A stretch of DNA of 64,000 nt, taken from positions 32,001 through 96,000 of the forward strand of contig CBDEUM010000030.1 of the NCBI GenBank assembly GCA_965242925.1, in the 5' to 3' direction. This DNA comes from Roseibacillus sp. (GTDB lineage Bacteria > Verrucomicrobiota > Verrucomicrobiia > Verrucomicrobiales > Akkermansiaceae). Position 1 is the stretch's first letter; each line of letters opens with the position of its first letter. The translations under genes and the position numbers were made by a program. This document shows, in pieces, positions 19,708 through 29,600 of this stretch. The notes under the pieces are model-generated. The model did no database searches, was not told where the DNA came from, and saw only the letters and a list, made by a program, of their open reading frames with translations.

Positions 19708-20871
19708 TTGTCCTTGAGTTTCGCAGCCCGCTTCGCAGACCCGGATCGCCCGCTTTCTCCGCTCCTGCGGCGGTTTGCGTCCCTTCTGACTCCTCTCCAT
19801 CCGGACGAACAGGAATCCCGGGCACGGAAAAGCTCGGCTCTCTCCCGGCGTCACTTCGGACGCACGATGCGCCTCTTTGCGCCGCTCTACCTATCCAACG
19901 AGTGTGTAAACAACTGCAGCTACTGTGGATTCTCACGCGATAATCCCATCCTACGGACAACCCTCACCCTGGATCAGGTGGCCACCGAGGCCCGGCACCT
20001 CCATTCGCTCGGGTTCCGCAACCTTCTCCTCGTGGCTGGCGAACATCCCAAATTCGTCTCAGAGGGTTACCTGCAGGATTGCCTGCGCCTCCTCTCCCCC
20101 TCTGTTCCCACCCTCGGAATCGAGGTCGGTCCCATGGAGGACGAACAATATGCGGAACTGGTCGCTTGCGGAGCGGAAGGCCTGGTCGTTTACCAGGAAA
20201 CTTATCACCGGGAAACCTACCAACACCTCCATACCGCCGGACCCAAGAAACAGTTCGATTGGCGCCTCGACTGCCCTGAGCGTGCCTATGCGGGCGGTTT
20301 CCGGCGCATTGGAATCGGCGCTCTCTTCGGCCTCGCCGACTGGCGCACCGAAGCCCTCTCACTTGCCGCCCACCTCGAGTACCTTTACAAGCACTGCTGG
20401 AAGGCACAATTCACCATCTCCTTCCCACGCCTGCGACCTCATGCCGGGAATCACCGGCACCGGGTCGACCCTGGATTGACCCTCACCGATCGGCAACTCG
20501 TTCAACTCATCTGTGCCTTTCGCCTTACCTTCCCCCCGATCGGCATCGTTCTTTCCACCAGGGAACCGGCCACCCTCCGCGACCGCCTCTTTCCCCTCGG
20601 TGTCACGCACGTTTCCGCTGGCTCCCACACCGAACCGGGCGGCTACACCGGCGCAGGCACAGATGACCTCCACCACACCATCAGGGGAAGACGGATTGAG
20701 ATCGATCCCACGGAGCATACGGCCGACTGCTCCCAGGCCCGGGCCACTCCTCAGTTTGAGATAGCCGACGAACGTTCGACCAAAGCCGTTGCTGAACAAC
20801 TCCGCCGCCAGGGATTCGATCCCGTCTGGAAAGACTGGGATCGTGAAATTCTTACGCCTGCCCCAGCCTGA
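19708..20871 (+). CDS. thiH: 2-iminoacetate synthase (radical SAM)
   Basis: FAPLYLSNECVNNCSYCGFS, YQETYH, GIGALFGL, ISFPRLRP, LSTRE, SAGSHTEPGGY, QFEIADERS, VWKDWD; adjacent to thiS. Confidence 0.93.
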   Translation: MSLSFAARFADPDRPLSPLLRRFASLLTPLHPDEQESRARKSSALSRRHFGRTMRLFAPLYLSNECVNNCSYCGFSRDNPILRTTLTLDQVATEARHLHSLGFRNLLLVAGEHPKFVSEGYLQDCLRLLSPSVPTLGIEVGPMEDEQYAELVACGAEGLVVYQETYHRETYQHLHTAGPKKQFDWRLDCPERAYAGGFRRIGIGALFGLADWRTEALSLAAHLEYLYKHCWKAQFTISFPRLRPHAGNHRHRVDPGLTLTDRQLVQLICAFRLTFPPIGIVLSTREPATLRDRLFPLGVTHVSAGSHTEPGGYTGAGTDDLHHTIRGRRIEIDPTEHTADCSQARATPQFEIADERSTKAVAEQLRRQGFDPVWKDWDREILTPAPA

Positions 20872-20887
20872 CTCCTTCCCCTCCGAG

Positions 20888-21088
20888 ATGCAGATTATCC
20901 TCAACGGCAGGGCACACACACTCGAATGCCAGGCCACCGTCGCCGACCTCCTCGAGTCTCTTGACCTCGCCCTGAAGCCGGTGGTGACGGAACTGGACGG
21001 TCAGGCACTGCCCCGTGGCGATCACAACTCCACCGCCCTCTCGGAGGGAGCCCGCGTGGAAATCATCGTTCTCGCCGCCGGCGGTTAG
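20888..21088 (+). CDS. thiS: Sulfur carrier protein ThiS
   Basis: 66 aa, MQIILNG...LSEGARVEIIVLAAGG with C-terminal GG. Confidence 0.92.
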   Translation: MQIILNGRAHTLECQATVADLLESLDLALKPVVTELDGQALPRGDHNSTALSEGARVEIIVLAAGG

Positions 21089-21151
21089 GCCCTCACCACA
21101 GGAATTCCTGGCTCCTCCTGCTGTTGCCCCCCATTACCAAGTCCGGCATCC

Positions 21152-21883
21152 TCAACCCCGGTTCCGCCACTTCTCCACTCCCCCTAACAGGGCCTTCACC
21201 AAATCCACCGCTTCGTCCTTCTCCGGGTTCTCCAGGGATTCGGCCAAATCAAGCCATTCCCGGTGCAGTGAATCATAGTTTGTCAGGCCGAGCAGAAACT
21301 CCTGCCCGGGAAAAAAGCTCTCTTCTCTCACCTGCTCCTCCGCCTTCACCAACCGTGCCGCCAGTTTCGCCGACCACTCGTAGTTCTGCAGATCCTCCGC
21401 CATCAACATCCCAGCCAGCAGGCAGAAGGGATACTCCTGGACCACCCATCCACTCGGTGCCCGGTAATCCTCCATCTCCTTTGCCAGATCCGGAAACACA
21501 TCCAGCAAAACAGATGTCAGCTCACGGTTCGCTATCGACCGCGCCGACTGCACCAGAGAGCAGCAGACGTAATTGACAATCACCACCGGATCGAGGCCCG
21601 GCTCCTTGAGAAGGAACTTCGCCGCCACGGCCCCGCAAAACAATTTAAAGCGCACGAAACGGCCCTCCTGCGACGATTGCTCCGGACTCCCCCGCTGGGC
21701 GATCCCGAAGACCTCGAACCATTCCGGATCAACCGCGTCGGGAATCTCCTTCCGGGAGCGCACCCCGCTGCACAGATCCACGTAACTCATGTCGCCCGGG
21801 TCCTCGGGACAAAAGGCCCGGAAGTCCTCATCCCTCACTTCGCCACACGCGAACTCAAAGAGATCATCAAACCTGGACTTCAC
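21152..21883 (-). CDS. Hypothetical protein
   Basis: 243 aa ORF fills the gap with protein-like helical composition. Confidence 0.7.
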   Translation of the reverse strand: MKSRFDDLFEFACGEVRDEDFRAFCPEDPGDMSYVDLCSGVRSRKEIPDAVDPEWFEVFGIAQRGSPEQSSQEGRFVRFKLFCGAVAAKFLLKEPGLDPVVIVNYVCCSLVQSARSIANRELTSVLLDVFPDLAKEMEDYRAPSGWVVQEYPFCLLAGMLMAEDLQNYEWSAKLAARLVKAEEQVREESFFPGQEFLLGLTNYDSLHREWLDLAESLENPEKDEAVDLVKALLGGVEKWRNRG

Positions 21884-21902
21884 TGCATCGCGATTCTGGA
21901 AT

Positions 21903-21920
21903 TTCCCCCCGAAAGGGGAA
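21903..21920. terminator. Possible terminator hairpin after the DAGK-family gene
   Basis: TTCCCC-CCGAAA-GGGGAA inverted repeat; weak U-tract. Confidence 0.3.
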
Positions 21921-21946
21921 GGTTAATCTAATCTCCACCACCACTG

Positions 21947-22882
21947 TCAACTGGCTCCGGGGCTAAGATTCGACAGCACCTGCTCCCACCAGTTCTTCCC
22001 CCGTTCCTCCGGGGCCAGAACCCGCAACTTCTCGGTCATGGCCTTGAACATCACCTTCCTGGTCCGGCCCCACAATTCGCCGTCCACCTCCACTGGTACC
22101 TCCCGGTCGCATTCCACGGCAAGGCCGGAAGTCTGATAATACTCCACCACCTTTCCATCCGCCTCGAAGCCTCCCCGCGCCAACGTTCCCAGCGACCCCA
22201 GGGCCGCCTTGTAGCCCGCTTCCTTATAGACCAGAACATCCAGAAGATCGTCCGCGTTGTCCGCTTTCCCGAAAAGTCGTAACTGCCCCCCATAGAGCGC
22301 CCCGTTGCCCAGCAGGACACAGGCCCCCTCCACGACATGCCCCTCGTCAAAATAAACCTTCATCCGTGGAGGCCTGGATCCAAGCACCTTGACCGCCGAG
22401 AGAATATACGCCAGCGGCCCCAGTCGCCGCTTCGCGTCGCTCGTGGTCTCCTCGATGACCTGCGCATCAAAACCCACCCCCGCCATCTGCACGAAGGGGG
22501 TCCCCTCCATCTCAAAGAGATCCACTTCCTTCACATGTCCCGCATCGATCACCTCCAGTGCTCCCGCCAGATGCCCGAAGGGAATGTTCAGTTCACGCGC
22601 AAAGACATTCATCGTTCCCGTGGGCAGGATTCCCAGCACGGTCTCTGAACCGCTCAATCCCCCCACCACGGCATTGAGCGTGCCGTCTCCACCCGCCGCC
22701 ACCACGACTTCCTCTCCCTCCTCGGAAAAACGCCGGGCCAGCTCCGCCGCTTCCTCCGCACTGTTGGTGGCATAAATCGCAAATCGCGTCGCATGCTCCA
22801 TCACGAAGTGCCGCGCCCGCCGCGCCCGCTCACTTCGAGCCCTCGGATTCAGGATCAGAGGATACCTTGGCACCATGCTCAC
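21947..22882 (-). CDS. Diacylglycerol/lipid kinase family protein (YegS/DAGK-like)
   Basis: ILNP, AAGGDGTLN, LPTGTMNVFA, GVGFDA, YGG, VDGE motifs. Confidence 0.92.
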   Translation of the reverse strand: MSMVPRYPLILNPRARSERARRARHFVMEHATRFAIYATNSAEEAAELARRFSEEGEEVVVAAGGDGTLNAVVGGLSGSETVLGILPTGTMNVFARELNIPFGHLAGALEVIDAGHVKEVDLFEMEGTPFVQMAGVGFDAQVIEETTSDAKRRLGPLAYILSAVKVLGSRPPRMKVYFDEGHVVEGACVLLGNGALYGGQLRLFGKADNADDLLDVLVYKEAGYKAALGSLGTLARGGFEADGKVVEYYQTSGLAVECDREVPVEVDGELWGRTRKVMFKAMTEKLRVLAPEERGKNWWEQVLSNLSPGAS

Positions 22883-22990
22883 GCCTCATATTTTCCACAA
22901 TCCCGCCCCTTAACCAATTCCCAACTTGTCCTCCCTCTCAATTCCCGGACTCTCCACCCTGCAATCAGGACTGAAACTGCCTGCTCACGA

Positions 22991-23566
22991 TCAAGTCCTG
23001 CTCGGCAGGACCCCGAATCGCTCCAACTCGTCCGCTACCCGCACCATCGGCAAGCCCACCACGTTGTCACGGTCCCCCTCCACCTTATCCACCAGCATCT
23101 CCCCATGCTCCTGGATCGCGTAGGCTCCTGCCTTGTCGATCACGTTGACTCGCTGCATGTAGTCCTTGATGACATCTTCCCCGAACCTCAGGAACCGCAC
23201 CCAGGCCACCTCAAAGAAGACGTGCTCCTCCGCCCCGTAACTCACACACACGCCTGTGCATACTTCGTGCACCCGCCCTGACAAGCGCTCCAGCATGCAC
23301 GCCGCCTCCATGATATCACGCGGTTTTCCCATGACTTCTCCTCCCAACCCCACAAGCGTGTCGGCTCCTAACACAACAGCCTCGGGATGCTGCTGCGAAA
23401 TCTCCCTGGCCTTCAATGCGGCATTGGCCACACAGAGCCTCCGAAAGGGATACTTCCCCGGCGGCCACTCCTCCACCTCGGCCGGTTCCACTTTGAATTC
23501 GTACCCGGCTTTCGACAGCAAGTCACTCCGACGCGGAGACCCGGACGCCAGAATAAATCGCTCCAT
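22991..23566 (-). CDS. maf: Maf family nucleoside triphosphate pyrophosphatase
   Basis: ILASGSPRR, LGADT, GKP, LSGRVHEVCTG, DKAGAYAIQ, NVVGLP; start placed at MERFIL. Confidence 0.93.
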   Translation of the reverse strand: MERFILASGSPRRSDLLSKAGYEFKVEPAEVEEWPPGKYPFRRLCVANAALKAREISQQHPEAVVLGADTLVGLGGEVMGKPRDIMEAACMLERLSGRVHEVCTGVCVSYGAEEHVFFEVAWVRFLRFGEDVIKDYMQRVNVIDKAGAYAIQEHGEMLVDKVEGDRDNVVGLPMVRVADELERFGVLPSRT

Positions 23567-23574
23567 GCGCCCCT

Positions 23575-24030
23575 TTAACTCGCAGCGATCGCGTAGATCA
23601 GAATCAACAGGACCAAGGTCGCCACGCCCACTGACACAATCAGGGTCTTCATCGTGACCCCCTTGAGCATATCCCGTCCACTCACCGCATCCTCCCTGCG
23701 CGGATCTGCCTCCACGAACATTCTGCGGACTTCCGCCTCCCCTAACTCCGACTCCTGTTTCCCGGGAGGCACTCCTTCCGTGTTCTTTGACGTCCCCTCC
23801 TTCTTCGGATCTCGAGGGGGCAAATCCTCCCCTGCCATGGACAAGCGAACCACTTCCTGCTTGCTCTTCCCGCTCGGCATCATGGGCATGTTGAGGCGGT
23901 GAAGCGCCACCTGACTTCCGCAATCTGGACACGACGCCCGGGTCGCCGTCCGCGACATCATGAACCAATTACCGCACTTCCAACACTTCACTCGTTCAGT
24001 GGAGTCGGGGTGGGACTTCATTTCTCCCAT
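23575..24030 (-). CDS. Hypothetical zinc-ribbon protein with a C-terminal TM anchor
   Basis: CWKC..CPDC, charged linker, terminal hydrophobic helix; start uncertain. Confidence 0.65.
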   Translation of the reverse strand: MGEMKSHPDSTERVKCWKCGNWFMMSRTATRASCPDCGSQVALHRLNMPMMPSGKSKQEVVRLSMAGEDLPPRDPKKEGTSKNTEGVPPGKQESELGEAEVRRMFVEADPRREDAVSGRDMLKGVTMKTLIVSVGVATLVLLILIYAIAAS

Positions 24031-24226
24031 CGGCCGCACACGTATACCCATCAAATTTTTTCTATTTGGTGACTATCAACCTGTCAACACATGGACCTGT
24101 TACTTATTCACAGTTCATCAACACTCTCCTCCCACGGAATCGGTCAACCCCACCGAGGAATCCGTGAACAGTCCGAATCCCGGGATCCAAGCAGGATTCG
24201 CTCATCTTACCCTTTCGTATTTTCCC

Positions 24227-24254
24227 TTGCCATCCCTCCTCTTCTGAATACTGT
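24227..24254 (+). promoter_or_regulatory. Putative sigma70 promoter of the imuA operon
   Basis: TTGCCA(24227-32)-16 bp-TACTGT(24249-54), overlapping the LexA box. Confidence 0.5.
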
Positions 24255-24265
24255 TCATTAGAACA
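24252..24265. promoter_or_regulatory. LexA (SOS) box, Verrucomicrobia type
   Basis: TGTTC-ATTA-GAACA is a perfect match to the TGTTC-N4-GAACA motif, directly at the imuA start. Confidence 0.88.
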
Positions 24266-24957
24266 TGGATGAGCGGAGCCCTGCTGTCATTCGAAGTCGG
24301 ATAGTCACCCTCCCGGCTCTACGCCAGCAATTGCGTGAAAAATTCCCCGAAGCACACCGGGAGAGTGACTATCCCCCTTCCCTTTCTTCCTCCTCCTCCC
24401 GCCTCCCCGCCTTCCCCACCGGAGCCCTTTCCGAACTCACCCCTGTTCTCCCCGCTTCCGGTCTCTCCCTCATCCTCGCCGAACTTCTCCAGGAAAATCA
24501 CCCAGAATCATCTCTTACAACCACTGCCCCCCATCTCCCGCCTGCTGGCAGAAAACTCCTCGCCCTCATCGATGGCCGGGACTCCTTTGATCCTGCTTCC
24601 TACAGCGCGGACTCCTGTTCCCGCCTGCTCTGGATTCGTTGTCGGAATGGGGATGAATCCCTGCGCTGCTGCGATCTCCTTCTGCACGACGCCAGCCTCC
24701 CCCTGCTCATCCTCGATCTTCTCCTCAATCCTCTCGAGGAACTTCGCCGCATCCCCAGTTCGTCCTGGTACCGTCTCCGCAATCTTGCCAGGCAGTCCGG
24801 AACATCCCTTCTCATCTTTACTCCCAGGCACCTCATCCCCTGCGCTTCCCTTCACCTCACTTTCAACTCCGCCTTCACTCTCGCTGATCTCGAACGTAAT
24901 CGGGATGAACTGAAGATCGTCTGTGACCGCGAAGAGACTGCTGTTCGGAGTTCCTGA
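24265..24957 (+). CDS. imuA: ImuA-like RecA/SulA-fold mutasome protein
   Basis: GALSEL..SG, ALIDGRDSFDP, LLWIRC, DLLL..LLILDL, WYRL; first gene before imuB-dnaE2. Confidence 0.8.
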   Translation: MDERSPAVIRSRIVTLPALRQQLREKFPEAHRESDYPPSLSSSSSRLPAFPTGALSELTPVLPASGLSLILAELLQENHPESSLTTTAPHLPPAGRKLLALIDGRDSFDPASYSADSCSRLLWIRCRNGDESLRCCDLLLHDASLPLLILDLLLNPLEELRRIPSSSWYRLRNLARQSGTSLLIFTPRHLIPCASLHLTFNSAFTLADLERNRDELKIVCDREETAVRSS

Positions 24958-25003
24958 GAGAAATCGACGGGCAAGGAAACTTTTCCCAACCTTCCCACTC
25001 CAC

Positions 25004-26599
25004 TTGTACTCCTCCCTTCACATTCCCTCCTTTCCTCTCTCTGTTCTCCTCCGTGACAGTCCCGGGATCACCGCCGAACCGGCAGCCCTTGTCAACTCGG
25101 AGACTGATCCTTCTTCCAGAACTTCCTCCACCCGCGCAACACCTCTTCTTCTCGCTGTCAACACTGCCGCCTCCCGCCACCGCATTGCCCCGGGTCTCAC
25201 CGTCACCCGTGCTCTCGCACGCTGTCCACAACTCATTCTTCTCGCTCCTGATCCTTCCCTCGAGCGCCTCCACCAGAACGCCTTCCGGGAATACGTCTCT
25301 TCTCTCGGACCCGACTTTGAAGAGACCGCCCCGGGCACCTTTCTACTCGATCTCCTTTCTATTTCCCACGCCCTCACCTCCCCCCTCGCCTGGACCGAAC
25401 AAGCCCTCCGCAAGGCCACTCGACTTCGTCTTCCTCTCCATCTCGCCATCGCTCCCACTCCAGATCTTGCCCTCCTCGTCGGGCGCAGCCGTGCCCTGCG
25501 TTCCACTCTCACCTTCCATCCGGAACCGGTGTTCAACAGTGTCCCGCATTCCGTTTTCAGCATTCAGGCCATTGCCGATCTGCCTGTCTCTTCTCTGCAA
25601 ACTGACCACGGCAAACTGACCACGGACCCGAAACTCCTTCAACTCTGGGGCATCGACACCCTGGGAGCCCTCGCCGCCCTCCCACGCCAGGGACTCGCAG
25701 AACGACTCGGCCCCGGGGTGATCCGCCTCCACGACATTCTGCACGGCAAATACCACCGTCTCCTCAACCTGCATCGCCCCCCACAGCAATTCACCATAAC
25801 CCGCGAACTTGAACATCCCCTCGAGAGCCTTGAACCGCTCCTCTTCGTCCTGCGCCGCGGCCTCGACTCCCTCTGCTCCCGCCTTCGTTCCTCCCAGCGC
25901 GCCGCCATCTCCTCCAAACTCACCCTCACTTTCGCCGACGGCAACCTGCACTTGCGTGAACTGCGCCTTCCCGAACCCACCTGCACCCCCTCCACTCTCC
26001 TTCGCCTTCTCCACACCCACCTGGACACCGTCCGCGCTCCCGCTCCCGTCGTGGCATGGTCCCTCCTCCTCACTCCCACCTTGCCCGGCGAAGCTCAACA
26101 CCACCTCTTCGATCGCTCCCTGCGAGACCCTCACAGATTCGCCGATACCCTCGCACGCCTGGAAGCCCTTCTCGGTCCTGGTCGACTCGGCACTCCCCGT
26201 TCCATCGACACTCATCGGCCGGATTCGTTCCAAATGGAAGACCCTCTGTGCAGCCGGACATCTAGGATTGCGCCTCCCCCCGGGGGAGGACCACTTCCAA
26301 TCTTTGACCACGACAGCATCCAGGCGGCCCTGCCTCTGAAACGCTATCGCCCCGCCCTTCCTGTTCATGTTGCCTGCGAACCCGGCGCTCGCTTCCCCCG
26401 CCCCCTCGCCCTCCTGACCGGACCACACCGTGGCTCCATTGCAGCTGTTCACGGCCCCTTTCCTCTCTCGGGCCACTGGTGGAATTCCCCCGAACACTGG
26501 CAACGCGTCGAATGGGATCTTCAGCTCGCCAACCAAACCCTCCTCCGTCTCACCTGTCAATCTCCCGGAGACTGGCTCCTTGAGGGCATCTACGAATGA
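25004..26599 (+). CDS. imuB: ImuB, inactive Y-family polymerase
   Basis: TTG start (MYSSLHIPSFPL), GLTVTRALARCP, WGIDTLGALAALPRQGLAERLG, DTHRPD, GPFPLSGHWW, WLLEGIYE. Confidence 0.88.
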   Translation: MYSSLHIPSFPLSVLLRDSPGITAEPAALVNSETDPSSRTSSTRATPLLLAVNTAASRHRIAPGLTVTRALARCPQLILLAPDPSLERLHQNAFREYVSSLGPDFEETAPGTFLLDLLSISHALTSPLAWTEQALRKATRLRLPLHLAIAPTPDLALLVGRSRALRSTLTFHPEPVFNSVPHSVFSIQAIADLPVSSLQTDHGKLTTDPKLLQLWGIDTLGALAALPRQGLAERLGPGVIRLHDILHGKYHRLLNLHRPPQQFTITRELEHPLESLEPLLFVLRRGLDSLCSRLRSSQRAAISSKLTLTFADGNLHLRELRLPEPTCTPSTLLRLLHTHLDTVRAPAPVVAWSLLLTPTLPGEAQHHLFDRSLRDPHRFADTLARLEALLGPGRLGTPRSIDTHRPDSFQMEDPLCSRTSRIAPPPGGGPLPIFDHDSIQAALPLKRYRPALPVHVACEPGARFPRPLALLTGPHRGSIAAVHGPFPLSGHWWNSPEHWQRVEWDLQLANQTLLRLTCQSPGDWLLEGIYE

Positions 26600-26659
26600 A
26601 GTCCGCCTGATCCCGGAAGGGCCAGGCGAAGGCAGAGTCTTTCGAACCTTTGACCGAAC

Positions 26660-29600
26660 TTGTTTACCGAACTCCACGCCCGCTCCTCCTTCTCCTTCCT
26701 CCGGGGTGCCAGCCAACCGGAGGATCTTGTCCACCGTGCAGCGGAACTTGGCTATCAGACCATCGCTCTCCTCGACCATATGGGAGTCCAGGGATCCGCC
26801 CGGGCCCACTTCACTGCTCAACAGCACGGCCTCCGCTCCCTCGTGGGAGCCACCGCTGAATTGCCGAATCCTCAATCTCAAATCGCACATCTTGAAATCC
26901 CCCTCCTCGTCAAGAATCGCACCGGTTACCAGAATCTCTGTCGCCTCCTCACGGATCTGCATTGTGTCAACAACACAAGCAGTTCGACGGCATCCCCATC
27001 GCAGGGCACAAAATCCGGAGCCGAAATTCCCTTTCCTCCCGCATTTTGCTCTCAAACCAAAGGCCTGATTGCCCTCCTGACTCCCGAATCCCTCCCCGAT
27101 TTAACAAAAGCCAACCTTCTCGAAACCGCTATCTGGCTCCGCGACACCTTCGGGCCGGAAAACCTCTACCTCACTCTCACTCGGCACCATATCCGCGGTG
27201 AAGAACGACGCAACCGCCTCCTGATCGATCTCGCCGGTCACCTCAAACTCCCCCTCCTCGCATCCAACGCCCCGCTTTTCGCCCGCCGCCGCGATCGCCT
27301 CCTCGCTGACGCCTTCACCTGTCTGCGCCACCACACCACCCTCGACCAGGCGGGCACCCTCCTGGAAGCCAACCCAGAGCGCCACCTCAAGTCCCCCTCG
27401 CAGGTCACCGCCCTCTTCCACGATCACTCCGAAGCTCTCCACAACACCCAGCTCCTCGCTGATCGCCTTGAGTTCACCCTCACAAACCTGGGTTACAGGT
27501 TCCCCTCCTATCATGAAAACGGACATCCACTCCCTCCCGGGAAAGAAGCCGGACTTCTCCGTGAACTCACCTTCCGCGGAGCCCGTCAGCGTTATGGCAA
27601 AGTCGGATCCAGGATCCGTCGGCAACTTGAGCATGAACTGGCGCTCATCATTCGACTCGGTTTCTCAGGCTACTTCCTCATCGTCTGGGAACTGGTGCAG
27701 TTTGCCAGGTCCCAGGGCATTCTCTGCCAGGGACGTGGCTCGGCCGCCAACTCTGCAGTTTGCTACTGCCTTGAAATCACCGCCTGTGACCCCATCAGCA
27801 GCGACCTCCTCTTCGAGCGCTTCCTCTCCGAAAACCGCAAGTCCTGGCCAGATATCGACATAGACTTCCCTTCCGGTGAACGGCGCGAAGCCGTCATCCA
27901 GCATGTCTACCGGAAATACGCCCCCCGCGGTGCAGCGATGACCGCCAACGTCATCACCTACCGACCGCGATCGGCATTCCGCGAGATGTCCAGGATCCTT
28001 GGCTTCCCCGACTCAATCGCTGATCGCTTCTCCGGCCTCTCCTCCTCTCCCGGAATCCATCCTGACCACGATGGCAGATCACAACATCCCAGGCTGGATA
28101 TTGAAGACCTTGAATCAGGCGCGCCCCTGGCCGGGATCTCAATGGATAGCTGCTATCCAGAGAACCATATCGAACATCTTGAGAAAACCTTCACCCGATC
28201 CGGTGTTCCTCCCGACCATCCCCGCTTCAAACCACTCCTCCACCTTTACCATGAAGTCCTCTCCTTCCCCCGTCACCTCGGTCAGCATTCGGGCGGAATG
28301 ATCATCTGCGACAACGGACTCGACTCGATTGTCCCGCTGCAACCGGCCGCCATGCCCAACCGCACCATCGCGCAATGGGACAAGGACGATTGTGAAGACC
28401 TCGGCATCGTGAAAGTCGACCTCCTCGGCCTGGGCATGCTCGCCGCCATGGAAGACAGCCTCCGCATCTGTCACCAGCGCGGCAAGAACATCGATCTCAC
28501 CCGCATCCCCCATGACGATCCGGCTACCTACGATCTTCTCTGCCGCGCCGACACGGTAGGCACCTTCCAGGTCGAATCCCGCGCCCAGATGGCCACCCTG
28601 CCCATCATGCGGCCGAAGAACTTCTACGATCTCGTTATCGAAGTGGCCCTCATCCGTCCCGGCCCAATCGCGGGCGATCTCGTGCACCCCTATCTCAACC
28701 GCCGCAACGGTCGCGAACCGGTCGACTACATTCATCCGGATTTCCAACCCGTTCTGGGGCGCACTCTCGGTGTCCCTCTCTTCCAGGAACAGGTCCTCCG
28801 CATGGCTATGATTATCGCGGGTTTTGATGGCGCCGAGGCTGACGAACTGCGCCGTGCCATGGCCTTCAAGCGCTCCGACCAACGCATGGAGAACATTTCC
28901 AGGAAGCTGATCCTCCGCATGTCCGAGCGCAATATTGACATTGCGATCCAGGAAAAGGTGGTCAAGGCCATCGGCTCCTTTGCCCTCTACGGGTTCCCCG
29001 AAAGTCATTCCATCTCCTTTGCCCTCATTGCCTATGCATCCTGCTGGCTTAAGACCCACCATCCTGCCGAGTTCTTTGCCGGTCTCATCAACAATCAACC
29101 CATGGGATTCTACTCGGTAGCCACCCTCCTCCGTGACGCCCGCAGGCACGGTATCCGGGCCAGATCAGTCTCCGTTCTTCATTCTGCCTGGGAAACCCTC
29201 GTCCTCGACGACCAGACACTCCGTCTCGGTCTCCAACGCCTCAAAAACCTCTCCACCGCCACCGCCGAACGCCTCGTGGACACCCGCTCCCATGCCCAGT
29301 TCTCCAGCCTTCCCGACTTCCTCCGCCGCGTGCACCCTAACCGAAAGGAGCGCCGCCTCCTCGCCGCCGCCGGAGCCCTCAATGATCTCCCCGAAGTGGA
29401 ACACCGGCGGGACGGTCTCTGGCAGGTAGAAATGGACCCACAGGAAGATCTCTTCAGTCGCTCCAGTTTGCCGGCCGAACCCTACGACGCGGAAGAGTCA
29501 TCTGCCGGCAGGACTTCACAAGGCAATCGGCAATCCGCAACCCCTCTCACCCGCATGACTGCCCTGGAAAGGCTCTCCTCAGACTACGCTACCCAGGGCC

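Noticed and set aside
24061..24264. oriC at the DnaA-box-like intergenic region
   Set aside because: The plus strand is C-rich on both sides with no skew switch; only one consensus box; no dnaA/dnaN/gidA context
25343..27055. 570 aa antisense ORF (likewise 5131-6834, 49261-50988, 14265-15440)
   Set aside because: These are shadow frames of well-supported genes in GC-rich, skewed DNA and carry no recognisable motifs
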